From positions 1,775-65,774 of the forward strand of contig CAZIQF010000002.1 in assembly GCA_964541525.1 (NCBI GenBank): a stretch of 64,000 bases of DNA, given 5' to 3'. A program made the position numbers and the translations under genes. Position 1 is the stretch's first letter. Every line of letters starts with the position of its first letter. This stretch comes from an uncultured Staphylococcaceae bacterium (GTDB lineage Bacteria > Bacillota_I > Bacilli_A > ML615J-28 > CAG-313). Below the pieces are notes generated by a model. That model was not told where the DNA came from, ran no database searches, and worked only from the letters and a program-made list of their open reading frames with translations. Below are positions 10,893-20,810 of the stretch, one piece after another.

Positions 10893-11691
10893 TGATTTAG
10901 GTTATATCAAATATTTGAAGCAATTAAAACTAAAAAGAATTAAAATTGTCATCTTACAAGTACTTATTTTAATGATCTTTTTTGGTATATGGGAAATTCT
11001 TGGTAAAAATGGAATTATCAATACGTTCTTATTTAGCTATCCAAGTGAAATTTTTAAAATTTTTTTGCAGTATTTTAAAACGGGTGAAATCTTTAAACAT
11101 ATTGGTATTTCTGTTTTTGAAACGATTTTAGGATTAATAATCGGAACAATAGTTGGATTGATTGTTGCAGTAATAATTTGGTGGAATGATTTACTTGCAA
11201 AAGTATTAGATCCCTATCTGGTTGTCTTAAATGCCCTTCCTAAAACCGCTCTTGCACCGATTATTATTATTTGGGTTGGAACCGGTATTGATGGAATTGT
11301 AGCAGTTGCGATTTCCATTTCTTTGATTTTAACCATTTTATCAGCATACCAATACTTTAAAAATGTTAGTTCAGAACAAATTCTAATGTTAAAAAGTTTT
11401 AAAGCAAGTAAATGGCAGATTCTAACAAAATTAATCTTACCGAGTAATATTGGTAATTTAATTAATTTGGTAAAAATTAATATTGGAATGAGTTGGGTTG
11501 GTGTTATAGTTGGGGAATTTATTGTATCAAAAAAAGGAATCGGCTATTTAATTATGTATGGTTCGCAAATATTTAAAATGGGACTAGTTATGATGGGAGT
11601 AATTGTCTTAAGCATTCTTTCTTTTATAATGTATGAAATCGTCAATCTAATTGAAAAAATATGGAAGGAAAAAAGCGATAATGATGTTTAG
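10885..11691 (+). CDS. ABC transporter permease (SsuC/TauC-type, BPD_transp_1)
   Basis: Six TM helices with EAA-like loop (KSFKASKWQILTKLILP). Overlaps the upstream ATPase gene. Confidence 0.75.
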   Translation: MNDDLGYIKYLKQLKLKRIKIVILQVLILMIFFGIWEILGKNGIINTFLFSYPSEIFKIFLQYFKTGEIFKHIGISVFETILGLIIGTIVGLIVAVIIWWNDLLAKVLDPYLVVLNALPKTALAPIIIIWVGTGIDGIVAVAISISLILTILSAYQYFKNVSSEQILMLKSFKASKWQILTKLILPSNIGNLINLVKINIGMSWVGVIVGEFIVSKKGIGYLIMYGSQIFKMGLVMMGVIVLSILSFIMYEIVNLIEKIWKEKSDNDV

Positions 11692-12694
11692 AAAAATTAA
11701 GAATTTATTATTAATCTTATTAGTTGGAGTATTTTTAGTAACAAGTACTAGTTGTACTAAAAATAACTTAAAAAAAGTTAAAGTAGCAGAAGTTGCTCAC
11801 AGTGTCTTTTATGCACCTCAATATGTAGCTATTTCACTAGGTTACTTTGAAGATGAGGGGTTAGAAATTGAATTAATTAATGCTAATGGAGCAGATAAAG
11901 TTACTGCATCGTTACTTTCAAAAGATGTCGAAATAGGTTTACAAGGACCTGAACCAACAATTTATTTGTATAAAAATAATTCTAATGACTATTTAATTAA
12001 TTTTGCCCAATTAACCACAACTGATGGTAGTTTTATTTTTGGTCGTGAAAAAATTGATAACTTTGATATTACAATGCTAAAGGGTAAATCAATATTAGGT
12101 GGTAGAGCCGGGGGTATGCCCGAAATGACATTAGAATATGTTATTAAAAAAGCTGGTTTGACCCTTGCTAAAAATGCTGATACTGCCGACGTCAATGTTA
12201 GAACGGATATTGCTTTTGCAGCAATGGCAGGAGCATTCTTAAGTGGTGAAGGAGATTTTACAACTTTATTTGAACCAACTGCATCCGAAATGGTTGCATC
12301 AGGCGAACTTTATTTATTAGAAAGTGTTGGACGTTTAGCCGGAGAAGTAGCATTTACTGCATATTCATGTACAGAATCATATTTAAAAAATAATCAAGAA
12401 ACCTTAGAAAAATTTACTAAAGCAATCTATAGAGGTCAACAATATGTTTGGAGTCATACCGATAGGGAAGTAGCTGAAATTATGAAAGAACACTTCGCTG
12501 ATATTGATGTTGAAACATTAGAATCAGTTGTAAATAGGTACAGAGCTATTGAAGCATGGGCCAAGACACCAGTCTTTAGTGAAACAGCTTTTGATAATCT
12601 TCAATTAATTATGATTGAAGCTGCAGAACTAGATACTAAAGTATCGTTTAAAACATTGGTTGATGTCACAATTGCAAAAAAAGTAACAGCTTAA
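11651..12694 (+). CDS. ABC transporter substrate-binding lipoprotein (NMT1/THI5 / SsuA-like)
   Basis: Signal peptide plus lipobox (VTSTSC). N-terminal HSVFYAPQYVA motif typical of NMT1/SsuA-family binding proteins. Hairpin terminator follows. Confidence 0.65.
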   Translation: MKKYGRKKAIMMFRKIKNLLLILLVGVFLVTSTSCTKNNLKKVKVAEVAHSVFYAPQYVAISLGYFEDEGLEIELINANGADKVTASLLSKDVEIGLQGPEPTIYLYKNNSNDYLINFAQLTTTDGSFIFGREKIDNFDITMLKGKSILGGRAGGMPEMTLEYVIKKAGLTLAKNADTADVNVRTDIAFAAMAGAFLSGEGDFTTLFEPTASEMVASGELYLLESVGRLAGEVAFTAYSCTESYLKNNQETLEKFTKAIYRGQQYVWSHTDREVAEIMKEHFADIDVETLESVVNRYRAIEAWAKTPVFSETAFDNLQLIMIEAAELDTKVSFKTLVDVTIAKKVTA

Positions 12695-12701
12695 TAATCA
12701 A

Positions 12702-12733
12702 TAAGTGTTAAGTCATTCTTAGCACTTATTTTA
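12702..12733 (+). terminator. Rho-independent terminator after ABC importer operon
   Basis: AAGTGTTAAG-loop-CTTAGCACTT followed by a T-run. Confidence 0.5.
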
Positions 12734-12839
12734 ATTTTTAATCATTCTTAAAGCGTTTTCAAAAAAAATGTATAATAATTTGCCAAATAATAAAAAAAAT
12801 GATATAATTTATGTGTAAAAATAGAAAGGTGTTTTATAT

Positions 12840-13961
12840 ATGGCTTATTTAAATTATTCTCGTGATTTATTAGACAAATTTTGTATGGAAGCTTTCCAAA
12901 AATTTGGATTTAGTGAAAAAGAAAGTAGAATTATTACTGATGTATTAATTATGTCAGATGACTTTGGGATTGAATCTCATGGTATGCAACGTTTAGTACG
13001 TTATCATAAAGGTATTGAAAGTGGTTTGATTAAAGTTGATGCAAAGCCAGAAGTTGTTTTTGAAACTCCAATTAGTGCGGTTGTTGATGGTCATTCAGCT
13101 ATGGGTCAACTTATTGGTCATAAAGCAATGGAACTTGCAATTGAAAAAGCAAAAACTGCTGGTGTAGGAATTGTTACAGTTCGTAATTCAAATCACTATG
13201 GAATTGCTGGTTATTATGCTCGTATGGCAATGGATCAAGGTTTAATTGGTTTCTCTTGTACCAATTCAGAAGCAATTATGGTTCCAACATTTGGTAAAAA
13301 AGCAATGCTTGGTTCTAATCCAATCGCATGTTCGGCTCCTGCTGAACCATATCCATTTTTCTTTGATGCTTCGACTACGGTTGTAACTCGTGGAAAACTT
13401 GAAATGTATAATAAAATGAACAAGCCAATTCCAACTGGCTGGGCAGTTAATAAGAGTGGTGAATCTTCTAATAACGCTGCTGAAGTATTAGGTAATATTA
13501 AGGCTCATGAAGGTGGTGGTATTGTTCCACTAGGCGGTGATACAGAACAATTAGGTGGTCATAAAGGTTATGGATATGGAATGCTTTGTGAATTGTTCTC
13601 ATCGATTTTATCATTAGGTATGACTTCCGCTCACACTATGCAAAATGGTTTCTCTGGTATTTGTCATGGCTTTATGGCAATTAATCCTGCCTACTTTGGT
13701 GATGCTGAAGCAATTAAGGCTCACTTTAGCGAATATTTAAATGAACTTCGCCAAAGTCCTAAAGCTGATGGTGCAGAACGTATCTACACTCATGGTGAAA
13801 AAGAAATGGAAGCAATTAAAAAAGTTCAAAAAGATGGTATCAATGTTAATATCAATACAGTTAGAGAAATGGTTGATATGGCTAAATATTTAGGTATGGA
13901 TGTAGAAGCATACTTTGGTGATATTAAATTTGAAGAAGATGGCTTCAAGAGTAGTTATTAA
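12840..13961 (+). CDS. Ldh_2 family (malate/L-lactate/L-sulfolactate dehydrogenase-type) NAD(P)H oxidoreductase
   Basis: 373 aa. N-terminal F..G.S.....I.TDVLI.SD..GIESHGM.RL, then VRNSNHYG and HKGYGYGM motifs of the YjmC/ComC Ldh_2 family. Confidence 0.75.
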   Translation: MAYLNYSRDLLDKFCMEAFQKFGFSEKESRIITDVLIMSDDFGIESHGMQRLVRYHKGIESGLIKVDAKPEVVFETPISAVVDGHSAMGQLIGHKAMELAIEKAKTAGVGIVTVRNSNHYGIAGYYARMAMDQGLIGFSCTNSEAIMVPTFGKKAMLGSNPIACSAPAEPYPFFFDASTTVVTRGKLEMYNKMNKPIPTGWAVNKSGESSNNAAEVLGNIKAHEGGGIVPLGGDTEQLGGHKGYGYGMLCELFSSILSLGMTSAHTMQNGFSGICHGFMAINPAYFGDAEAIKAHFSEYLNELRQSPKADGAERIYTHGEKEMEAIKKVQKDGINVNINTVREMVDMAKYLGMDVEAYFGDIKFEEDGFKSSY

Positions 13962-13980
13962 AATATAAAGAAGAGGTAAA

Positions 13981-15168
13981 ATGAAAATGGCTGAAAAAAC
14001 AGTTTATGAAAAAAGTTTAGAATTACATGAAAAACATGTTGGTAAAGTAGAAGTAGTATCAAAAGTAGAAGTTGAAAATCGTGAACAATTATCAATGGCA
14101 TATAGTCCAGGTGTTGCTGAACCATGTCGTAAAATTCATGCTAATCCCAATGATGTATATAAATATACTTCAAAGGGAAATTTAGTGGCAGTTGTATCTG
14201 ATGGTACTGCTGTCTTAGGTTTAGGTGATATTGGACCACTAGCTGCAATGCCAGTTATGGAAGGTAAAGCAATTTTATTTAAACAATTTGCTAATGTTGA
14301 TGCATTTCCAATTTGTTTAGATACTAAAGATGTCGATGAAATTGTTGAAACAGTTAAAAGACTAGCTCCAACATTTGGTGGAATTAACCTAGAAGATATT
14401 TCTGCTCCTAGATGTTTTGAAATTGAATCAAGACTTAAAAAAGAATTAGATATTCCAGTATTCCACGATGATCAACATGGTACTGCAATCGTTGTATGTG
14501 CTGGCTTAATCAATGCGTTAAAAGTTGTTGGTAAGAAGATGGAAGATATCCGTGTTGTTATTAATGGTGCTGGCTCTGCTGGTATTTCGATTTGTAAATT
14601 GATTTTACAATTTGGTGTTGGAGATGTTGTGTTAGTTGATCGTAATGGTGCTTTATGTCCTGGTGAAGAGTGGATGAATCCTGCTCAAAAAGCGATGGCT
14701 GAAGTGACTAATAAAGATCATCAAAGAGGAAATTTACAAGAAATAATCAAGGGAAAAGACCTATTCATTGGTGTTTCTGCTCCTAACTTAGTAACTGCAG
14801 AAATGGTTCAAACAATGGCTAAAGATCCAATTGTTTTTGCAATGGCTAATCCAACTCCAGAAATTATGCCAGATGTTGCAAAAGCAGGTGGTGCAAGAGT
14901 TGTTGCAACTGGTCGTTCTGATTTCCCTAACCAAATTAATAATGTTTTAGTATTCCCAGGAATCTTTAGGGGTGCTTTAGATGTTAGAGCAAAAGAAATC
15001 ACTGAAGAAATGAAAATTGCTGCTGCTCGCGCCATTGCATCATTAATTACCGAAGAAGAATTGAATGAAGAATATATTATTCCTTCGCCATTTGATAAAC
15101 GTGTTTGTGAAGTTGTTGCAAGAGAAGTTGGTAGAGTTGCAAGAGAACAAGGTATTGCTAGAAATTAA
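13981..15168 (+). CDS. maeA: NAD(P)-dependent malic enzyme (small, YtsJ/MaeA-type)
   Basis: SPGVAEPC, VVSDGTAVLGLGDIGP, dinucleotide fold VINGAGSAGI and ANPTPE. 395 aa. Confidence 0.85.
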   Translation: MKMAEKTVYEKSLELHEKHVGKVEVVSKVEVENREQLSMAYSPGVAEPCRKIHANPNDVYKYTSKGNLVAVVSDGTAVLGLGDIGPLAAMPVMEGKAILFKQFANVDAFPICLDTKDVDEIVETVKRLAPTFGGINLEDISAPRCFEIESRLKKELDIPVFHDDQHGTAIVVCAGLINALKVVGKKMEDIRVVINGAGSAGISICKLILQFGVGDVVLVDRNGALCPGEEWMNPAQKAMAEVTNKDHQRGNLQEIIKGKDLFIGVSAPNLVTAEMVQTMAKDPIVFAMANPTPEIMPDVAKAGGARVVATGRSDFPNQINNVLVFPGIFRGALDVRAKEITEEMKIAAARAIASLITEEELNEEYIIPSPFDKRVCEVVAREVGRVAREQGIARN

Positions 15169-15174
15169 TTATTA

Positions 15175-15202
15175 ATGTGCAAGATATCCTTGCACATTTT
15201 TA
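15175..15202 (+). terminator. Hairpin terminator after malic enzyme gene
   Basis: ATGTGCAAG-atatc-CTTGCACAT followed by a T-run. Confidence 0.5.
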
Positions 15203-15217
15203 AAAGAAAGGAAAAAT

Positions 15218-16489
15218 ATGGCTAAATTAAAATTACCTTATTATAAAGAACATATTGAATATGAAATTCCTGATGAACGCCTTGCAGGAATTCTTGTATC
15301 AAAAACAGAGGATTATTTTCCTACGCTTAGTGAAGAAGAACTCGTAGAAGATGCTTTAAATAATCCAATCGGATCTGCAAAATTATCTGATCTTGCAATC
15401 GGCAAAAACCATATAGTTGTTATTTCTAGTGATCATACACGTCCAGTTCCTTCCCATATAACAATGCCGATTATTTTGAAACATTTACGTAAAAATAATC
15501 CAAATGTAAAAATATCAATTTTAATTGCCACGGGCATGCATCGTGCTTCGACTCATGAAGAATTAGTTCATAAATATGGCGAAAAAATTGTTAATGAAGA
15601 ACGAATTGTAATGCATAATGCATATAAAGATGAAGATATGACTTTTAAAGGAATCTTACCTTCAGGTGGTGAACTTTGGGTTAATAAACTAATCGATGAA
15701 GCGGATTTATTAATTAGTGAAGGTTTTATTGAACCACACTTCTTTGCTGGCTTTTCTGGTGGTAGAAAATCAGTGTTACCAGGAATTGCTTCGAAAAAAA
15801 CGGTTCTTTGGAATCACAATGCAAGATTTATTGCAAGTAAAAATGCGAGAGCTGGTATTATCGATGATAATCCAATTCATAAAGATATGTTATATGCTGC
15901 TAAACAAGCAAAATTAGCATTTATTTTAAATGTCGTAATCAATTCAGAAAAGAAAATTATCAAAGCATTTGCTGGTGATTTAGAACAAGCCCACGCTCAT
16001 GGTTGTAAACTTGTTAATGATATTGCTTGTGTTAAACCAATTCACTCGGATATTGTTATTACAACTAATGGAGGTTATCCTTTAGATCAAAATATTTATC
16101 AAACAGTTAAAGGGATGACTGCAGGGGAAGCTTGTGTTAATGAAGGTGGTGTCATTATTATTCTATCTTCATGTGCTGATGGAACTGGTGGTGATTTCTT
16201 CTATAAATTACTTGCTGATTTTAAAGATGCAAAATCTGCTTATCAAAATTTAAATGATGTTGCTCCCGAAAATACTGAATTTGATCAATGGGAAGCACAA
16301 ATTTTAGCTCGAATTTTATGTAAAGCAAATGTTATTATTGTATCTAAACACTGTGATCCAAAAATTATTAACGCAATGCATATTATGCATGCATATACGC
16401 TAGATGAAGCTCTTGCAAAAGCCGAAGAACTTGTCGGAAAGAAATCAATTACGGTTATTCCTGATGGTATCAGTGTGATAATTAGATAA
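15218..16489 (+). CDS. larA: LarA-family nickel-pincer-dependent hydroxyacid racemase/epimerase homolog (DUF2088)
   Basis: 423 aa. Conserved SSDHTRPVP motif and overall LarA architecture. No larB/larC/larE in the window. Confidence 0.65.
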   Translation: MAKLKLPYYKEHIEYEIPDERLAGILVSKTEDYFPTLSEEELVEDALNNPIGSAKLSDLAIGKNHIVVISSDHTRPVPSHITMPIILKHLRKNNPNVKISILIATGMHRASTHEELVHKYGEKIVNEERIVMHNAYKDEDMTFKGILPSGGELWVNKLIDEADLLISEGFIEPHFFAGFSGGRKSVLPGIASKKTVLWNHNARFIASKNARAGIIDDNPIHKDMLYAAKQAKLAFILNVVINSEKKIIKAFAGDLEQAHAHGCKLVNDIACVKPIHSDIVITTNGGYPLDQNIYQTVKGMTAGEACVNEGGVIIILSSCADGTGGDFFYKLLADFKDAKSAYQNLNDVAPENTEFDQWEAQILARILCKANVIIVSKHCDPKIINAMHIMHAYTLDEALAKAEELVGKKSITVIPDGISVIIR

Positions 16490-16496
16490 AATACTT

Positions 16497-16534
16497 AAGA
16501 TAATTGTCAAAAATTAGACAATTATCTTTTATTT
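16497..16534 (+). terminator. Rho-independent terminator after larA-like gene
   Basis: AAGATAATTGTC-loop-GACAATTATCTT followed by a T-run. Confidence 0.55.
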
Positions 16535-16603
16535 ATGCAAAGCTGTTTAAAAAGATAAGAAAATATGATATAATGGTTTCATATAGAATTTGGAGATAAA
16601 AAC

Positions 16604-17509
16604 ATGAAATATTATTTTATATTTAATCAAGTAGCGGGAAAAGAAGCTAAAAGAAGTGCTTTTTTAGAAAAATTAAAAGACTTTATCAATAATCATCACG
16701 ATGATATTGAATTATATATTACTCAAAATGTTGGCGATGCAACGATTAAGGCTAAAACTATTGCTGAAAATCATCAAGGCGAAGATGTATGCATTTTTGC
16801 TTGTGGTGGTGATGGCACGATGAATGAGGTGGTTAATGGTATTGCTGAATATGACAATGTTATTTTAGGAATAATTCCTACGGGATCATGTAATGATTTC
16901 TTAAAAATTTATCCTGAATATGACTTTATGGATTTAGAGAAACAATTACAAGGTGAAGCTATTCCAATGGATTTAATCAAAGTTAATCATTTCTATTGTT
17001 TAAATGTAACTAACATTGGTTTTGATGCTTGTGTTAATTATGATCAAATTTGCTATCGCCCTCGCTTTAAAACGGTAAAAAAAGCTTATAATTATGCAAT
17101 CTTTAGAAATTTAATTAAACCATTAGGATATCAAGTTCATGTTGAAGTTGATGATCAGAATTTCTTTGATGGGAAAGCATTATTAATGGCATTTGGTAAT
17201 GGTGGATTCTATGGTGGAGGATATCATTGTGCACCAAAAGCATCACCTAATGATGGAATTATTGATGTAACTTTAATTAAGAAAATATCAATTCTTCGTT
17301 TCCTTACGTTAATTAATAAATATAAAACTGGTGAAGTATATGATAACGCTAAATATAAAAAACTTGCGTTATGGGCTAAAGCAAAGAAAATTAAAATTAC
17401 ATCTGATAAAGAACTTACAATTAGTATTGATGGTGAGACTATTCATCGAAAAGAAGTACTAATTGAAAATGTAATGCATAAAATTAGATTTATGCTTCCT
17501 AAAAAATAA
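16604..17509 (+). CDS. Diacylglycerol kinase catalytic-domain lipid kinase (YegS/BmrU family)
   Basis: ACGGDGTMNEV motif and DAGK_cat fold. 301 aa. Confidence 0.7.
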   Translation: MKYYFIFNQVAGKEAKRSAFLEKLKDFINNHHDDIELYITQNVGDATIKAKTIAENHQGEDVCIFACGGDGTMNEVVNGIAEYDNVILGIIPTGSCNDFLKIYPEYDFMDLEKQLQGEAIPMDLIKVNHFYCLNVTNIGFDACVNYDQICYRPRFKTVKKAYNYAIFRNLIKPLGYQVHVEVDDQNFFDGKALLMAFGNGGFYGGGYHCAPKASPNDGIIDVTLIKKISILRFLTLINKYKTGEVYDNAKYKKLALWAKAKKIKITSDKELTISIDGETIHRKEVLIENVMHKIRFMLPKK

Positions 17510-17516
17510 AAATATT

Positions 17517-17567
17517 GATTGTTTTTTATTTGTAAAGACTTTTTACTTTAAAAAACAATCTTTTTTT
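17517..17567 (+). terminator. Putative terminator (long-loop hairpin plus T-run)
   Basis: GATTGTTTTTT ... AAAAAACAATC followed by TTTTTTT. Confidence 0.35.
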
Positions 17568-17622
17568 GTTATAATATAATGTAAAAAGCAATAATATACT
17601 ATGATTAATTAAGGAGTTACAT

Positions 17623-18141
17623 ATGAATTATCAAGATTATATTACAATAATTGAAGATTTTCCTAAGAAAGGAATTTCATTTAAAGACATTACACCACTT
17701 TTACAAAATGGTGAAGCTTTTAAAGCTGTTACCTTAGACTTGATTGAATTTGCAAAAAAAGTTAATGCGACTGTAATCGTTGGTCCTGAATCTAGAGGTT
17801 TTATTTTTGGCTGTCCTGTTGCAACAGCACTTGGGCTTGGTTTTGTTCCGATTAGAAAACCAGGCAAATTGCCTCGAACTACTATTAGTAAAGAATACAG
17901 TTTAGAATATGGAACAAATGAATTATGTATGCATCAAGATGCAGTAAAACCTGGTGATCGGGTATTAATCGTTGATGATTTACTTGCAACAGGTGGTACA
18001 ATCGAAGCTGCAGTGGAATTAATTAGAAGTTTAGGAGCAGAAGTAGTTGGTTGTGCTTTTGTAATTGAACTTACTGAATTAAAAGGTAAAGAAAATTTAG
18101 AGGGAATTGAAGTTTTATCATTGATACAATATCCTTATTAA
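17623..18141 (+). CDS. apt: Adenine phosphoribosyltransferase
   Basis: PRPP-binding motif [13 protein letters not shown]. 172 aa. Conserved apt-relA-dtd synteny. Confidence 0.9.
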   Translation: MNYQDYITIIEDFPKKGISFKDITPLLQNGEAFKAVTLDLIEFAKKVNATVIVGPESRGFIFGCPVATALGLGFVPIRKPGKLPRTTISKEYSLEYGTNELCMHQDAVKPGDRVLIVDDLLATGGTIEAAVELIRSLGAEVVGCAFVIELTELKGKENLEGIEVLSLIQYPY

Positions 18142-18177
18142 AATTTATATAACTAGAAAAAGAAAGGTGGGGAAATT

Positions 18178-20367
18178 ATGGATAGACCTAAAACTATAGA
18201 TGACATCATTGCGACCGTTAAATGCTATTTGAATGAAGAAAGTATCAATCTAATTTTGAAGGCTTATAACGTTGCAAAAACAATGCATGAAGGACAATTT
18301 CGTAAATCTGGCGATCCATATATCCAACATCCAGTCGAAGTTGCTTATATTCTTGCGACACTGCACGCCGGGCCTTCAACAATTGCTGCTGGTTTAATGC
18401 ATGATGTTTTAGAAGATACGCAAATGTCAAAAGATGAAATGATTGAAGAGTTTAATGCTGAAGTTGCTGAAATTGTTGATGGTGTTACAAAAATTAGTAA
18501 ACTAAAATATCATACTAAAGAAAAAGCACTAGCTCATAATCATGAAAAATTGCTGATTGCTATGGCAAAAGACGTTCGTGTTATTTTAGTTAAGTTAGTC
18601 GATCGTCTTCATAATATGCGAACAATTGAATTTCAACCCGAGGACAAGCGAAAAAGAATTGCTCAAGAAACCCTTGATTTATATGCTCCCCTTGCTCATC
18701 GACTAGGGATGTACCGAATTAAGGCAGAACTTGAAGATTTGAGCTTTAAAGCAATTGAGCCGGAAATGTATAAAGAAATATCTTCTTTAGTTGCCTCAAA
18801 AAAGAGTGAACGTGAAGAAGATATTGAAATTATGAAAAATAGCATCATTGAAATGTTAAAAAATAATCATATTGATGAGTACGATATTAAAGGTAGAATT
18901 AAAAATATCTATAGTATTTATCGTAAAATGATTACTAAAAATAAAAAAGTTGATGATATTTTTGACCTACTTGCTTTAAGAGTTATTGTTCCAACTGTAG
19001 GTGATTGTTATCACGTGCTTGGATTAATTCATAGTATCTATACGCCATTGCCTAAAAGATTTAAAGACTATATTGCGGTACCTAAACCTAACCTATATCA
19101 ATCATTACATACGACTGTTATCGGTCATGGTGGTAAAATTTTTGAAGTACAAATTAGAACTTATGAAATGGATAATGTAGCAGAGATTGGGATTGCTGCC
19201 CATTGGGCATATAAGGAAGGTGCTGGCTATTCACCACAAAAAGAACAACTGGAAATCACTGAGAAATTAAAATGGTATCGCGACTTAGCTACTTATATGG
19301 AAAATGGTAGTCAAGGAGATCCTCTAGATACAATTAAAGATGATATTTTTAGTGCGAATGTCTATGTATTTACACCAAATGGTGATGTTTATGACTTTCC
19401 GAGTGGTTCAATGCCATTAGATTTTGCCTATCGGATTCATTCTGAAATAGGTAATAGAACTGTTGGTGCGATTGTTAATGGTAAAATTGTACCACTGTCT
19501 TATCAATTGAAAACTGGTGATGTTGTTGAAATTAAGACTAATAAGTCATGCCCTGGTCCGACTGAAGCATGGTTAAAGCTTACAAAAACTAATCACGCAA
19601 AAAATAAGATTAGAACATTTATTAATAAAAAACAACGTGATCGCTATGTTGAGTTGGGCTTTTCTGATTTAGAAAAAATTTGCAAACTTAAAGAATTTGA
19701 TCTTAAAAGGTTTGATGAAAAGTTAATCAAAGAATATTTTTCAAAATTACAAATTAAGACTTTTGAAGATTTATGTTGCGAAGTGGGAAAAGGAACAATT
19801 TCAGCAATTGCGGTGATGAATAAAGTCTTATGTGTGAATGATGGCATTACTGATGATATTATGGCTTTGCAACAATATAGCGAAGCTACAAGTGGTCAAA
19901 GAGTAAAGAAGACGAGCCAAAATGGGTTTGGCATTTATATCGAAGGATTGTCAAAAGCCCAAATCAAACTTGGAAATTGCTGTCAACCTGTTTATGGTGA
20001 TCAAATCTTAGGCTATATTTCTAAAGGTAATGGTATTATCATCCATCGAGTTAAATGTCCTAATGCTGCAAGAGTTGATAGTGATCGTTTTATACAAGTT
20101 GAATGGGATCCTTCATTTAGTGGAAGAATTTTTACTACTACGCTAAAGGCGTTAGCTCAAGATCGAAAAAATATTGTAGCGGATATGATCAATGCTTTAA
20201 ACTATTGTAATGTTACAATTGTATCAGTTACATCAACTAAAAATCAAAATGATGAATGCGTTGCGAAATTTAAACTTCAAGTATCTAATATTGAAGATTT
20301 GAACAAAGCCATTCTTGCGTTAAATAAAATGCCAGAAATGTATTTTGTAGAAAGAATGTTCAAATAA
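18178..20367 (+). CDS. relA: Bifunctional (p)ppGpp synthetase/hydrolase RelA/SpoT (Rel)
   Basis: HD hydrolase domain (HDVLEDT), synthetase domain (RVIVPTVGDCY...YQSLHTTV), and TGS and ACT C-terminal domains. 729 aa. Confidence 0.9.
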   Translation: MDRPKTIDDIIATVKCYLNEESINLILKAYNVAKTMHEGQFRKSGDPYIQHPVEVAYILATLHAGPSTIAAGLMHDVLEDTQMSKDEMIEEFNAEVAEIVDGVTKISKLKYHTKEKALAHNHEKLLIAMAKDVRVILVKLVDRLHNMRTIEFQPEDKRKRIAQETLDLYAPLAHRLGMYRIKAELEDLSFKAIEPEMYKEISSLVASKKSEREEDIEIMKNSIIEMLKNNHIDEYDIKGRIKNIYSIYRKMITKNKKVDDIFDLLALRVIVPTVGDCYHVLGLIHSIYTPLPKRFKDYIAVPKPNLYQSLHTTVIGHGGKIFEVQIRTYEMDNVAEIGIAAHWAYKEGAGYSPQKEQLEITEKLKWYRDLATYMENGSQGDPLDTIKDDIFSANVYVFTPNGDVYDFPSGSMPLDFAYRIHSEIGNRTVGAIVNGKIVPLSYQLKTGDVVEIKTNKSCPGPTEAWLKLTKTNHAKNKIRTFINKKQRDRYVELGFSDLEKICKLKEFDLKRFDEKLIKEYFSKLQIKTFEDLCCEVGKGTISAIAVMNKVLCVNDGITDDIMALQQYSEATSGQRVKKTSQNGFGIYIEGLSKAQIKLGNCCQPVYGDQILGYISKGNGIIIHRVKCPNAARVDSDRFIQVEWDPSFSGRIFTTTLKALAQDRKNIVADMINALNYCNVTIVSVTSTKNQNDECVAKFKLQVSNIEDLNKAILALNKMPEMYFVERMFK

Positions 20368-20369
20368 AT

Positions 20370-20810
20370 ATGAAAGTAATTATCCAAAGAGTAAAACAAG
20401 CAGCATGTATTGTTAATCATCAAATTGTGGGTTCAATCGATCATGGAATGATGCTATTAGTTAGTTTTACCCATACTGATACGATTGAGCAATTACAACA
20501 AACGGCTAAAAAGATTGCTAATTTAAGAATCTTTGAAGATGAAAATCAAAAAATGAATTTAAATATAACTGATGTTGATGGTAGTATTCTGTCAATTTCA
20601 CAATTTACTTTGTATGCTGATACACAAAAAGGCAATCGCCCTAGCTTTGTAAATAGTATGAGATCTGATTTAGCCAAACCATTGTATGAAAAGTTTAATC
20701 ACATTTTAAAAGAAGAATATCATTTAAATGTTGAAGAAGGCATCTTTGGGGCTGATATGAAACTAAACATTGTTTGTGATGGCCCAGTAACGATTGAATT
20801 GGAATATTAA
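20370..20810 (+). CDS. dtd: D-aminoacyl-tRNA deacylase
   Basis: MKVIIQRV...SQFTLYAD motifs. 146 aa. Immediately downstream of relA. Confidence 0.85.
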   Translation: MKVIIQRVKQAACIVNHQIVGSIDHGMMLLVSFTHTDTIEQLQQTAKKIANLRIFEDENQKMNLNITDVDGSILSISQFTLYADTQKGNRPSFVNSMRSDLAKPLYEKFNHILKEEYHLNVEEGIFGADMKLNIVCDGPVTIELEY

